Assembly: GCA_951406725.2 (NCBI GenBank)
Contig: OX597826.1
Coordinates: 33,666,001 to 33,730,000 of the forward strand
Length of the DNA: 64,000 nt
Direction of reading: 5' to 3'
Source: Octopus vulgaris
Taxonomy: Eukaryota
In this document: positions 1-13,660 of the stretch, piece by piece
How positions within the stretch are numbered: position 1 is the stretch's first letter
How the letters are laid out: the number at the start of each line of letters is the position of its first letter
The notes under the pieces: model-generated
Databases searched by the model: none
Told to the model about the DNA's origin: nothing
Seen by the model: only the letters and a program-made list of their open reading frames with translations
Translations under genes and position numbers: made by a program

Positions 1-419
1 TATTTTCTTGGTGACGACAATGATGATAATAAGAGTAATAAATTATTATTATTATTATCATCTTTCTTCTTCTTCTTCTTCTTCTTCTTATTATTATTAT
101 CATCATTCTTCTTCTTCTTCTTATTATTATTATTACCATCATAATCGTCATCATCATCATTATTGTTGTTGTCTTTCTATAATCGTGTTTTCAACAGTTT
201 TATGAGAGTTTCCACTGCATCGACGCTGCCGCCACCACCACCACCACCTGCAGCTCCCCCCCCCCACCATGTGTGCAGCATTGTTCTTTGGAGACGTGGA
301 ATTATGTTTGTTTTTTCGCATCAATTCTGTATTATTTTGGTTGTATGGTTTCATTGTTTTTGACTTTAGTTTTTTTGTTTGCGTCTATTTTGTTGACAAC
401 GTGTTGTGTGAATCTGTTA

Positions 420-741
420 TTTTCTATTTGTTTCAGGCGCTAGACTGTGGACATGCTGGGGCACCACCTTAAACAATTTTTAGCTGAATGAATTGACCCC
501 AGGACTTATGGATTTTGTCAAGCTTGGTACTTATTCCAGTGATCTTTTTTGTCAAACTGCTAAGTTATAGGGAATATAAACACACCAACACTGGTTGTAA
601 AGAAGTGGTAGAGGACAAACACTGACACACACACACACACACCACACATAAATGTACGATGGGCTGCTTTCAATTTCTATCTGTCAGTTCCACTCACAAG
701 ACTTTGGTCAGCCCAAGGCTATAGTAGTAGACACTTGCCTA
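420..741 (-). mobile_element. tRNA-derived SINE family A, partial copy
   Basis: Reverse complement of the body/tail of the copy at 43690-44070 (gtgtcttctactatagcc...aataagtac...gctccagcatggcc). Confidence 0.8.
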
Positions 742-839
742 AGTTAAGATCAGAAGCCACGAGAGCCACTGCCTGGTACTGCATCAGGGCATTTATTATC
801 ATTATTATTATTATAATTATTATTATTATTATTATTATT

Positions 840-1112
840 ATTCTATGCTTGACTTTTGCTTTACATTTGTACAAGTTGGCTCCAAGTCTCACCCAGAGAC
901 CTCAAGAGACAACAGGCTGGAAGTTCATGTTGTTGTTATGCCTAGTGTGTCATATATTTGGTTTTGTATTTAGTGTTGTACTAGTGAATGTCTAAAAAAA
1001 ACCATACGAAAATTATATTTGTTTTAAAACTTGAGATTACATAGAAAGTATTTTGCATAGGATATGAGCAGTTCCCATGAGCACTATCTTTTGAATTTCT
1101 GCCATTTTTGGG
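840..1112 (-). mobile_element. 3' end of an R4/Dong-like RLE non-LTR retrotransposon
   Basis: Peptide EIQKIVLMGTAHILCKILSM* matches the C-terminus IQKIALLGTAHILRRTLSIQ* of the 59742-62820 element; flanked by (TAA)n. Confidence 0.75.
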
Positions 1113-1141
1113 TTTCTTTTTTTTTGGTGGGGGGTCCTTTC

Positions 1142-1213
<72 letters not shown>

Positions 1214-1217
1214 TGTG

Positions 1218-1975
1218 GTGGTGGTGAGCTGGCAGAGTACAACAGGCAAAATGTTTAGTGGCATTTTGTCTGTCTTTACATTCCAAGTTCAAATTCTGCT
1301 GAGGTCGACTTTGCCTTTCATCCTTTTGGAATCGATAAATTAAGAACCAGTGAAACACCGGGGTCAATGTAATCAACTAGTCCCCTCATCCAAATTACAG
1401 GCCTTGTGCCTATTGTAGAAAGGATTATCATTTTTATTATGAGGGTGAGCTGGTAAAATCGTTAGCATGCTGGACAAAATGCAGCATATGTCTGTCTTTA
1501 CGTTTTGAGTTCAAATTCAGGGTCCATAAAAGATATACCAGTTGAACATTGGGATCGATGTAATTAACTTACCCCCTCCCCTCAAATTTCGGGCTTTGTT
1601 CCTCTAGTAGAAAGGATTATTATTATTATAATTATTAGACTTTGCCTTTCATCCTTTCAGGGTTGATAAAATAAATACCAGTCATGTATTGGTGTCAATG
1701 TAATCAACTTCGCCTTCTTCTTACAAAAAAAAAAAAAACGAATAAAAAACCCGCTGGCTCAATGCCAAAAATCTGGAAAACATTATTAAAGGAGGTTAAG
1801 TTGACAGAATTATTTGAGTTGTCTGTAAAACATGGTTTGTGGTATTCGTTTTAGATCTTTACAGTCTAAGTTCGCATCCGCCCCGCTTTCAAGGTCAATG
1901 AAATAAAGCACCCAACAAGAAATGGGGTCAACGTGATTGTCTAAAATTGCTGGTCTTGTGTCAAAACTTGCAAGA
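1218..1975 (+). mobile_element. Tandem cluster of SINE family B (MetaSINE-like)
   Basis: Repeated ggtgagctggcaga...gagttcaaattc...gaggtcgactttgcctttcatcctt...gataaa.taagtaccag, separated by (ATT)n; core resembles the Meta domain. Confidence 0.8.
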
Positions 1976-2944
1976 ATTCTTACTCTTGTTATGATTCTCT
2001 ACAATTGTGGTCACTTGGTTTTTCTATCAAGTGGAAATTTCGATAGTGCGACCTTTAGGTTTATGACCAGAGAAAGAGATAGAGGGGAGATGAGGAGGGA
2101 GGAGGAGCTAGGATGAGGGGGAATGATGTGATATAAACTGAAAGGGACGGAGTTAAAATACAAGAGAGATGAAGGGAAAGAGGATGAGTAAAAGATAAGA
2201 AACTTTCAAATGAAGGTGAGAAAAGAAGACTGATAATGGCAATAGTTGAGAAATGGGAGAATATTTGGCACCAACTGAAAGAGGAGGAGGAGGAGGAGGT
2301 AACTGTGAATGTCTTTATAAATCAACCATCCTTCCATCATTAACTTGTGACATGTTTGTATACAGTTGATATAAGATGGTAGCGTTGTCAAAAAAAAAAA
2401 AAAACTAATTTTAATGAAATAATACAGATGACAGCAAAATGTTTAGAAAAATTCTTGACGTCAAGATTGAGTTTACGTTAGACTTAACTCTCTCACTCCT
2501 TCATATTCTCCTTTCTCTCTCTCTCTCTTGCTTCTGTTTATGTTCTCTTCTTCCACGTCTATTTCTCTCCCTTCATTGCCATCATTCATCTTCACTTTCT
2601 CTCTCTTCTCTCAGTCAATCATCTTTTGTATACAAACACACACACACACACATCCCCTCTCGTACTACGTCTTAATTTACCATTCCGTTGGAACTAAAGG
2701 TAGAAGACTTTCAGAATATCCCGAGAAACTAATGAAGATTAAGCTAAGCCCCTGCCTGTTAATTTGTTGTTAGATTTGTCTTTGTTCTGGATATTTACTT
2801 GAGACCACCCATCAAGTATTCGGCCTTGCTGTTTTGTGTTTTTACTCACAAGAATGACAAATACGTGGCTTTAAATAAACTGATATATCGCCAGCCCATA
2901 GCCCACTTTATGTCTGATGAAACTATGGAGCTTATACCATAGAC

Positions 2945-3320
2945 TTGTTCAAATTCCGCCGAGGTCGACTTTGCCTTTCATCCTTTCGGGGTCGATAAAT
3001 TAAGTACCCGTTGAACACTGTGGATCGATGTAATCGGTTTATTCTCACCCCACCCCACCACCATCATCTCGAAACCGCTGTCCTTGTGTCAAAATCCGAA
3101 ACCCTTGTTATCTGCTTAATTAATGTGGTGAACTGGTAGGATGGTTAGCACAGTGCTTAGTGGATCATCTTTATGTCCTGCGTTCAAATTCCGTCGAGGT
3201 CGACTTTGCCTTTGATACTGTCGGGGTTGATAAAATAAATGCCAGTTAAGCAGTGGGGCCGATCTAATTGATTTATTTCCTTCCTCAAAATTGCCGGCTT
3301 TGTGCCAAAATAAGAAAGGG
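2945..3320 (+). mobile_element. Two SINE family B copies
   Basis: gttcaaattccgccgaggtcgactttgcctttcatcctttcggggtcgataaattaagtacc and a second diverged copy. Confidence 0.8.
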
Positions 3321-5261
3321 TTATTATCTTCCTAACTCCAATAACGTCACTTCGAAGGTCATGTAAAATATAATAGGTGTTTCTGTCGCACTCTGTAGCT
3401 GGAATCGTGTCGACCATTATTTAAATATAGGAAGAGAGAAGGATGTTTATTTGCTGTGTTATACTTATCTTCGATAACGATGCATCGTTTGGTTATTGTG
3501 TAAACACTTCTCCAGAATAAACCGACTGTTGATGACATTTACCAATTCTGTTAGAGAAGAAACATTTTAATCTCCATTCACTAAGTCTAAAATGTTTAAA
3601 AAAGAAACTTCTAAGTATATAATACAGAAGAACCCGACAAATATTTACATATTCTCAGAGATTAGTAACTGATAATTCTTATGGCATTCACGATCAGATC
3701 TTAAACACTTTCTAGTGTTGTTGTAAATACTGAGGCGAAAAAGGAGGACAGAGTTGAAATAAGTTCCTTCCTTGTGCCAAAAATCAGTCATAGAACAATT
3801 CTCATGGGTAGATAACTGTAGATTAATATCAATAGTCGAAAAAAAAAAGAAGAAAAAAGTGAGTGTAAGTATGCGTAGGACGCATCTGTCATATGGCTAT
3901 CGTCAGTTAGAAACGTACATAGCTGACATTTTTTTTCGCAGGTTAATTTTGCTTTAGACATTCTGTAATAATACTTAACTTAAGCAATATTTATCTTACA
4001 TTTTATTAACTTTTAAGCAATAAACGCATACATACATACATACATACATACATACATACACATTCGTTCGAGGTTTTTATGTCTATTTTTCCATACTAGC
4101 AAGAGTCAACTGAATATATTGATAGAATGTTGTTTTACAGACGAATACGCTTTCTGTCGGTCACCCTTATTAGGTTTTCTACGAAAGCATCCCCTATTCC
4201 AAGTTTTCGAAAGTGTAGAACCATTGGACGATTGATAGAGAAATGACAGCAAACTTTAGCACTAACAGCACAGCATTTTTTCACGTGAAGCACGTAGGCT
4301 GAGAACATTCGCACAGACACATACAAATGACAGGTTTCATACAGTTTCCATTTATGGAATTTTCTCAGAAGACATTAGTCCACAATAGAAGACATTTTAC
4401 CCAAGTGCTGCACAGTAGGGCTGAACCTGAAATCATGCAGTAGAAGAGTGAACTTAGTCACGCAAACATACTTGCACACGTATCATACACACGCATATAC
4501 ATATGCCCACGTACACACATACTCACACATCCTTGCGATCGTTTCATATCGTTATTTTATAATTTCACCAAGAAGTTCGTTTAAAGTAAGATTGTATGAA
4601 CAGGAAACATAAATGATGTAAATCACTGTAGATAATGGTAAATAAACAAGTTTAATCTCTCCCTGTAATAAAAGCATTTTGAGTAGAGACAAGATGACTC
4701 ATTGGATAAAGTATTTAACTTCTCGTCCATACATCAAAGGTTCAAATCTCACTCTGTGCTTTGTTGTATCGATGAGTGAATATTTCATATTTTTATTACC
4801 TTAATTTACCTATCTTCTATCCCATCAAAGGCTATCCAACAAATATGACGTCCGCTCCTCCTCCTTTATCTACCCATATTACAACGGCCTTTGCTTATCC
4901 AAGATATTTGGTTTCATACCATTTCCGCTAAACTCACACTGACACATTTGTCTCATCTCCTCTCATCAGTTTTATTAGATATGGTTGTCCCCTACACGAG
5001 GCCTTGCACTAACCAGTTCTTCTGTAGCAGATTCAAAGCCAAATCACTGGATGGCCGAGCAAACATTACGACTAGGCCACGGTTGTTTCACAAGATCAGC
5101 CGATTAGCCGACCAATCAGTGTCAAATCATCATGTAATTCGATTGTCTAGGTAGGACTTTCTCATTGAGTCTTATATAATGCTAGAATTTTCACAGCAAT
5201 TCCAGAATGTGAGGCTTCTGTTCCCTGCCTATTGAAGTAGTCGATTGACGTCGCCATTCTC

Positions 5262-5353
5262 ATGGCAGCAAAAAAGACACAAATACTGTCACCACGAATA
5301 CAGTGCGTTTATTCTCCAGCTGTGATGAGCCAACCACAGATTGATACATACCA
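5262..5353 (+). CDS. Candidate first coding exon of an unknown gene (MAAKKTQILSPRIQCVYSPAVMSQPQIDTY)
   Basis: ATG-initiated open frame in non-repetitive sequence ending at a strong donor cca|gtgagt; CCAAT (gaccaatcag) near 5112; no homology recognised. Confidence 0.25.
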
Positions 5354-5710
5354 GTGAGTTTGTCGAAGATCCCCTCTCTGTGTTTAACCCCTTGTGAGTA
5401 GTAAAGAAATAGGTATTTCTCTTCAGGTGTGTAAATGTTATTTTTCATTCAATGCAGTAAACAAAACTTTTCTAAATTGTTCGTGGGTGTTATTTATCAT
5501 TTTTACACTCAGCCCTAGAAAAAAAACATCCTCGTTTTCCACCAACATCAAGCTCTAAACGACACCTACTACGGCCCTTCGTTCTTAGAATGTTTTCGGT
5601 CTTGAAAGTTTTCTTTACTCAACATTTGTTCTGCACTTATTGAGTGGTTCCCTGTTCCAGGTGACCAGCGACTACGTCAGTCTCACCAACCTCGGAGGGC
5701 TTGTCTAGGA

Positions 5711-5887
5711 CAGTGCTGTGTAACTTGCTTTCACTTGCGGCACACTTACATTCTTTTCAAAATTCGGCGGCACACCTGAATGAAAAATATAGGGAAAAAA
5801 TTATATTCTGGTTACACTGTGGCACGACTAGCATCGTCTCTAATTAACATCACCAGTGTGCCGTGGAACATCGGTTGTGGGGCACTG
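5711..5887. mobile_element. hAT (Charlie-like) MITE
   Basis: Termini cagtg...cactg; imperfect 8-bp flanks gtctagga / gtctagat fit the NTCTAGAN-type target; internal gcggcacac motifs. Confidence 0.6.
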
Positions 5888-6696
5888 GTCTAGATAATAG
5901 GTGCAGGAATAGATGTTAAATTACTTTTAAAAAATTTGGTATGCATTAGACCGATATATAACGTCGCTTATTAAATGTATGTGTGTATGCGTGTTAATAT
6001 GTTTGTAAGTGCGATCGTGTGTGCTTGTATCATAATTTTCTTCATGATTGGTGCTTTAAGTTTCACTCACTCATTCACTGGTCCAATAGAACAGTCAGGT
6101 GAAACTTAAAATCTCGTTCAATATGAATTTTATAATTAATAAGACTCTTCTCTTAGTTCTGAGTCCCACATCAGTAAATGTTTCGTTGTTGTTCTTAAAC
6201 TAGCTTCAAAATAATAACCCCCACCAACCAAGCGCACGCACACACACACACACACATACACACATACACACACACATATACACACGCACACACATTTTTT
6301 TAATAAATCAATAAATATACGACTGGTAGTATTCAATACACACACACACACACATATTCTCTGTTCGCCATACATACACGTACACGTACAGACATAAATG
6401 TGCATCCTTACACAGATACGTAAACAAATAATTACAAAACGTCTACAAACATTTAAACACTTGAGACAAGATGTATTAATCCAATTTAAAGCAGTCAAGT
6501 TGGTTCTGTTGTGAATATTTTTTTTTATTTCTTTTAGGAGAAACCAAATTGTTAAAATGCCACTCAAACCTATAAAAAATCAATAGGAACTGGAGATGAA
6601 TATACATACATATATATATGTATGTTTGTGTGTGTGCATGTATATGTATGTATATAAATATAAAAATATTTGTGTATGTATATATATATGTATAAA

Positions 6697-6844
<148 letters not shown>

Positions 6845-7569
6845 TGTATGTATGTATGCATGTATGTATATAGGTAGATATGTGTGTCTGTAGACTTTTT
6901 CTGTACATATATATTCGTGTTTCGTATGTTGATGCACATATGTATTTATCTGTGTTTATCAATGTACAAATTTTACCACCACCATCAACACCACCGCCAT
7001 CACCACCACCACCATCTTCAACAACCACCACTAATACCAATCTGAAGTTCTCAATGGATTACCGTTCCCACATCCCTGATATTGGTTCTATACACGTAGA
7101 CATCCTGAACAATATCCAGAAGACAAAAAAACCTACTCAACTGAATGGCATTAAATACCACGGTCTCTAGTCCCTGGTTCTTAGTTCTGATGCTTTCCCT
7201 CTTTTCTTCTCCTGCTGCTATTATAATGATCCCTGTCCCTCGTCTCTCTCTCTGCCTCTCCAATTCACTTGCCTCTTCATTGTTCGTTACCCTTGTTGTA
7301 TTCTGACCTTCAGCTGCCAATCTAAACACTGTGTTCATTCCTTCTTCTCCAGGTCATTAGTCTCTACAATCTTCTTCCGGTTCATCTTTTTCCGGCTCGT
7401 GTTGATCTGCCACAGATTAAACGGAACACTAGCGATTAACTCACCGCTCTCAGAGGATCTGTAAAGTCCATACACGCCCCTCCTTCATTCTCCATTGGCT
7501 TAACAAATAACAAAAATGGCTTCACTTCAGCTTACCATTTACTTTACTGGTCCTCCGTCGGTTACAACA

Positions 7570-7871
7570 ACGAGTGTTCCATTTGATCCAGTTAATGGAA
7601 CAGCCTGCTCATGAAATTATCGTACAAGTGGTTGAGTACTCCACAGATATGTGTATCCTTAACGTAGTTCTCAAGGATATTCAGCATAACACAGAATGTG
7701 ACAAGGCTGGCCCTTTGAATTACAGTTATAACTCACTTTTGTCCGCTGAGTGAACTGGAGCAAAGTGAAATAAAGTGTCTTGCTCATGGACACGAAGCAC
7801 TGTCGGGCATCGAACTCACGACCTTACGATTGCAAGTCGATAACCCTAACCACCAAGCCACGCGCCTTCAC
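7570..7871 (-). mobile_element. tRNA-derived SINE family C
   Basis: Minus-strand head with A box tggcttggtgg and B box gagttcgatgcc, followed by gtgtccatgagcaagacactt...ctccagttcactcagc. Confidence 0.75.
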
Positions 7872-8128
7872 TCAGCTTTCCATATGATACATATAGAGGT
7901 AGAGCGCGGTTCTCGATGAAAATTGCATTTTTAATTGTTATTTTACATTCTGCATTTCGTATGTCTTACTAACCTGTCACTGACCAGTGGTAGATAGATG
8001 CAGACAGTCAACCTTACGAGATAACTTAGCATTAGCCTGAGTTTGGCCCGTTCAATTTTGTAGTTGTTGTTTTTTAGTGCCAAACTAACCCTGATTGAGT
8101 AAATGAGTGAAAATATTCAAGAGATAAT

Positions 8129-8555
8129 AATATATCTCTGAACAAGGTATAAACAGCAGCTGCACGACAATGTGAAGTATATTTTCCACTTAAACGTGGC
8201 CAACCACTAAGGGTGGATGCTACTGTAGCTTGATGCTCCAGGAGAACATCTTCTCCAGCTGGCTATTGACACACTTTCTGTGCCCTATCAGTATTTGCAA
8301 AGGGAAGCCATTCTTCTCATCGTCGACCTGACGTGATACGCATGGACCCGGGTTTCTGAGTATTTACCCGTCGTCAGCGCACGACTATCACCGGTCTTCG
8401 ATGCGAAGGGGTCCCAATGCAAAACTATATATCCTTTTTCCAGTGACGAAAAGTCACTGATCTCGCAAATGTGTAAACAAGCAATAATAAATTTCTGAAC
8501 GAGATATAAACAGTAGCTGCACGACAATGTGAAGTATATTTGCCACTTATATGTG
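8129..8555 (-). mobile_element. Retrozyme-like insertion: 357-bp HHR monomer with 62-bp terminal redundancy and 15-bp TSD
   Basis: TSD tattcaagagataat at 8114-8128 and 8556-8570; direct repeats 8137-8198 and 8494-8555 (about 6 mismatches); internal HHR motif. Confidence 0.7.
8339..8383 (-). ncRNA. Type I hammerhead ribozyme motif
   Basis: cgtgcg CTGACGA cgggt-aaat-actca GAAA cccggg TC catgcg; intact core, palindromic stem III (ACCCGGGT), GUC triplet; stems partly decayed. Confidence 0.7.
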
Positions 8556-9956
8556 TATTCAAGAGATAATTACTTAGCATTTTCAGGGCTATGTAGGGAT
8601 AAATTAACCAATGTGTCCTTTCTTTAAGACATTAGGCTGTTATAAACATAACATGAACAATGATCGAACACAAAACGTTTATATGTCTGGCTCCTAGACA
8701 CAATATCGATTCTAACATATCACATCGTGTCCATCCATGTTGTAAGCTTTTGTGTTGCTAGAAATTCGTGCACGCAGTTATTTGCTCACTGTTGTTACTT
8801 ATCAACGAGCTTCGTTTTGCAATCAATAACTGTAGCATTCCGGAGGTCATATTTTGTCGCGAAATAGTCTGGTGCCACGCGAGTTTCATTTCAGCATGTT
8901 GAGATTTCATTCCTACAACCAACAGCGAATTGTTTTGCTGTAATAAAGCAATTACATAAATCATTATTGATTCATAATTCAAAGAAAATGTATTTTAGTA
9001 CTTTACAACTCTGATTTCTTCTGAACATCCTCTGGAAAATAATTCAAGTCAAAAGTCCTGTCCTGTAATGATTCTGTTACAGAGCAGAAATAAATGACAG
9101 GAAAGGAGATAATAGTGTTCTCCCATTCATTAGAGTATTTTGCTCTTCCTTCAAAATGACGTTAGGATATATTTTGTAGTACGGTGCGTTTCAAGACTGG
9201 TTGACTGATGCAGTCACTGGCGGTTCTCTGTTTTGCAGGAAGTTAAATATTAACCACGATTAATAGCACTCTGTTTACCTTTTACGATAGTGCTTTTCTT
9301 TGGTCTTTCTCGGATCTCTTTTTTGACATCGCTGATGTTGTGCTCAGCTATATTTGTTAAAATTCTCTGTGATGTGTGAACCATAGATTTACATTTATAG
9401 AATCGTGATTAAAAAAGTTTTTTTTAAAAATGTGACTAGAGAAATAGCTAGATATTTAACATCACTAAGAATTATAGCATTAATTTTGGAGTTGGTTACA
9501 AAAGATGTGTCAGTTCCTACGACTAGTGACGGTCGTATATTTAAGAATGTATCTATGTACATACGTATGTATGCATCTAGTATGTATATATGCATCAATC
9601 TATGTATGTCTGTATGTACATGTATGCATACATAAATGCATTCACTGCTATTTGTGAATATGCGAACATGATTTAATGTGTGCACATTTGTGGCCGTATA
9701 TCTACATTATGTGAGTGTATGTGTGTGAAACGTTTCTCTATGTCTCAATACGCTTGCAATTATGTAATGAGTGTACTTGTCCTTTTAGTGTACAGTCGTT
9801 TGCTTGCTCTCAATGTTCGTTGGTTTGTATATATATTATTAAATGTTTTGTAATTTAAATTGGGCGTGAAGTGAAACAATTGTAGGAAGTGTTAATTAAT
9901 TAATTAATTTATATCCATTGAATCCTTTCATTTTCAAACTTTTTCTATTATATAAT

Positions 9957-10338
9957 GGCAGGAGTGGCCATAGGCGCAAGGGTAGCTATGTGGTAAGTAG
10001 TTTGCTTACCAACCACATGGTTCCTTTTGCAAGTGTCTTCTACTATAACCTTGTGTCGACCAAATCCTTGTGAATGGATTTGGGAGACGGAAACTGAAAG
10101 AAGCTTGTCATATGTGTGTATGTGTGCATATGTTTGCGTGTTTGTATTTGTCCCCGCCACCATCGCTTGATTACCGAGGATGGTGTGTTCCCTGTGACTT
10201 ATCGGTTCGGCAAAAGAAATGGATAGAATAAGTACTAGGCTTACAAAAAAATAAGCCCTGGGAGTCGATTTGCTCGACTAAAGGCGGTGCTACAGCATAG
10301 CCGCAGTCAAATGTCTGAAACAAGTAAAAGAATAAAAA
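9957..10338 (+). mobile_element. SINE family A, near full length
   Basis: gtggtaagtagtttgcttaccaaccacatggttc...gaaactgaaagaagc...gtcgatttgctcgactaaaggcggtgc...gaaacaagtaaaaga. Confidence 0.85.
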
Positions 10339-10367
10339 ATATGTATATATATATATATGTGTGTGTG

Positions 10368-10423
<56 letters not shown>

Positions 10424-11997
10424 TACACACGCACGCACACATACGGTATGGAGATGGGTACTAACGTTCCATGTGGAAGGCTTGATAATTGTTAAGAGAT
10501 ATCTCTCGGCATGGAACCAACGGTAGCATTGTTAACACACAAATATAGTATACACACGCACCCACGCGCACAGATACATATGAATACACACACACACACA
10601 TATGCTGTCGGCAGATCTCCGATGATAAATGCACACATACAAAGGCACATATGTATATGTAAGTATGAATGTATGTTTGTATTTATATCCACTTAATAAG
10701 TATGTAAGTGTTAATTCATAGAAGAAGCGGGGGAAAGCTTTCAAACGATTCCGTCATGAATGAATCAAAGACAGCGTTTAACCATTTTGTGGATAGCTGG
10801 AATATATTTACCATTTTCAATCACGGTGTCCATAGTTGAAAGAAAATCCAGCTAGCCGTAAGTTAACATCGTACTGAAAGGGTTTAAACATGAATTATTT
10901 GCTTTAACTGACCATTCTTTCCCTGTGAAGTCTATTCCGACCATTCACTGTCGAATTTGTATTGCTATGTTATCGATATCAAAGCATAAAATTTACCTGT
11001 AGTGTAAATAACCCATTAAATGACACAGAAAACACACACACGGACATGAATGAACTTACATACAGTTACACACACATATATATATATACCTTGTCTTTTG
11101 CTATCTTGTCTCTCACCCTCTCTTTCTCATACTCGCGGAATATAAAGAAAAAAAGAATATTCTGTAAATGGTTTATATGGTTTTCGAAAGCTTAATCTGC
11201 GTAATTTAATTTCTAATGGAATACATTCGATTGCTGGTATAACAATCACTGCCACACTTGGTTGAAGGATTGGACACGTGATGCAGATACGTCACAGAAA
11301 ATGTGCGACACATGCTGTGTATGTATAACTATAAATATATAAATATATATATAGTTATACATACACGAATATATCATTATGTATTTTACATGTATAAGTG
11401 TTATGTATAAAAATAAATTTATTAAAATATACGTGCATTAAAATTTTTTATGAAAAGGAATTTGTATGAATATGTAAATTAACTTGGTATCTGGAGAGCA
11501 TAGAAGAGGACACCAATCAACTATAATCTAAATAAAATGTAGAAGTTTAAGTCGATTAATCTCTGCTACGCTACAGTTAAAAGAACGTTTCATTGGAAGA
11601 AATTAATGACATGCTTAAAGTACAAATGGAACATTAATTCTGAGAATATTTAAATGCAGTTTATCTTCCAGTGAAAAATGTTGAAATCCATAGATAACTC
11701 AGTATGCCAGAAGCATTAGTTCTGCAACTAAAGCAGAATGATTCCAAACGGCGTTTCCATTCGTTTCAACTTTATCACAGCAGAAATCTTGTGCTCAAAG
11801 CCTTCCAGAAACAAATCTAGAAACCTCTTGTCAAACTTGCGCCAAACTCTGCTCATTTATCCCTCAGATATTGATATAAATTCTTATGGGCGATAGATTA
11901 GGAAGCTTCAGATACTTCGAAAATAGATTTACTGTGGTTGTAGAACTTGTCATCTTTAATTAAAACTTGTTTTTGGAAGTGTGACTAAAATATTCTT

Positions 11998-12219
<222 letters not shown>

Positions 12220-12242
12220 GTAAATATGTATGTGTGTGTGTC

Positions 12243-12535
12243 ACATGGCTTAATGGTTATAGTGTTGCACTCAGGATTGCTGGTTCGTGACTTCAATCCC
12301 TAAACCGGGTGGTGTGTTGTATTCTTAAGCAAAACGCTTCACCTCGCTTTGCTCTGCAATCACTTCGACAACTGACGCGTGGTACACTGTGCACCTGTTC
12401 AGACAACGTTGATTTGATGGAGAGAATGCGTTGATGTGCGGCACAGATATTTGATCACTATAAACAAATCATCTGTGCAAGTCATTCGGCAAAAGCCGAG
12501 CGCACACACGTCGTCTTCGACGGCAGTCTCCATCA
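12243..12535 (+). mobile_element. tRNA-derived SINE, diverged
   Basis: A-box-like tggcttaatgg, B-box-like gacttcaatccc, then gtattcttaagcaaaacgctt resembling the family C core. Confidence 0.55.
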
Positions 12536-12704
12536 TATTTGTATATTTCAAAAAATATTGTGAAAATGTGAACAAAAAGGAAAATTTCGGTTAAATCTAG
12601 AATTGTGTTTTACTTAGATTGACGTTTGGTAGAATATTTTAGAAAATTTGTGTTTGTAGGAATTTATAGCAATGCATATGAAACATCAACAGGAACAACA
12701 ATAA

Positions 12705-13050
12705 CAAATATAGGTTTCAAATTCAGGAAAGGGGCTAAGTCGATTACATCGACCCCTGTGATCAACTTTTACTTTTATTTTATCGATCCCGAAAAGGATG
12801 AAAGCAAAGTCGGCGTCGGCGGAATTTGAACTCGGAACATAAAGACAGATGAAATGCCAATAAGCATTTTGCACAGTGTGTTAATGAGTGTACCAGCTCG
12901 CCACCATAGCAATAACAGAGCTATTCTTTTCTACTCTAGGCACAATGCCCGAAACTTTGGTGGAGGGGGCCAGTTGATGAGATCGACTCCAGTATGCAAC
13001 TGGTGATTAATTTATCGACCCCGAAAGGATAAAAAGTAAAGTTGACCTAG
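12705..13050 (-). mobile_element. SINE family B copies
   Basis: cccgaaaaggatgaaagcaaagtcggcgtcggcggaatttgaactc is the reverse complement of the family B core. Confidence 0.8.
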
Positions 13051-13281
13051 ATGTTTGGATTAACTGCAAAGCACAAATATATTTTGACCATTGGCATCTG
13101 GGATGTTAATTCTAAGTCCTTTTTATCAATGTAGTGTTTTTTTGTTATTGTAAACCGCCATGAAAACTTTTTTAATTCAGCATTTTGAGCTAAAAAAAAA
13201 TACCCACTCGTTATTTAAAGAAGATACTTACCGCTTAGTAGCAGAGACTAATTAATTCGTTTTAATATTAACAACAATTAA

Positions 13282-13660
13282 AGTGGCTAGTTGTAGAATC
13301 ATTAACAGGCTGGGCGAAATTCTTAGCGGTATTTCATACGTCTTTATGTTCCGAGTTCAAATTCCGTTGAGATCAGCTTTACCCTTTATCCTTTCAGGGT
13401 CGATAAAATAAGTACCAGTTGAATACTGTGGCTGATGTAATCGACTTACCCCTGTCCCCGAAATTTCTGGCCTTGAGCCAAAATGTGAAACAGATAGCAA
13501 CAATTTTGAGACGAAGGTCAAATTAATTATATCAACTGCCCCAAAGGGCAAAATTGCAATGTTAACTTTGGAGTGATTTGAACTCGTAACATAAAGAGCC
13601 AGAAACGTCACGAAACATTTTGTTCAAGAGCTTAATGATGCCATCAACTCTCCACCTTAA
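13282..13660. mobile_element. Two SINE family B copies in opposite orientation
   Basis: Plus copy 13282-13492; degenerate minus copy about 13500-13660. Confidence 0.65.

Noticed and set aside
2900-2945. HHR half-motifs at 2914 (CTGATGA plus stem II), 37960-38030, 51105 and 54593 (GAAACAGCTGTA on minus)
   Set aside because: Truncated or too degenerate to assemble a full core; probably pseudo-LTR debris.
7050-7505. Minus-strand promoter and first exon (CCAAT, GC box, MSTCIEPISGMWE)
   Set aside because: Short motifs and a weak donor that could arise by chance; no supporting downstream exon.
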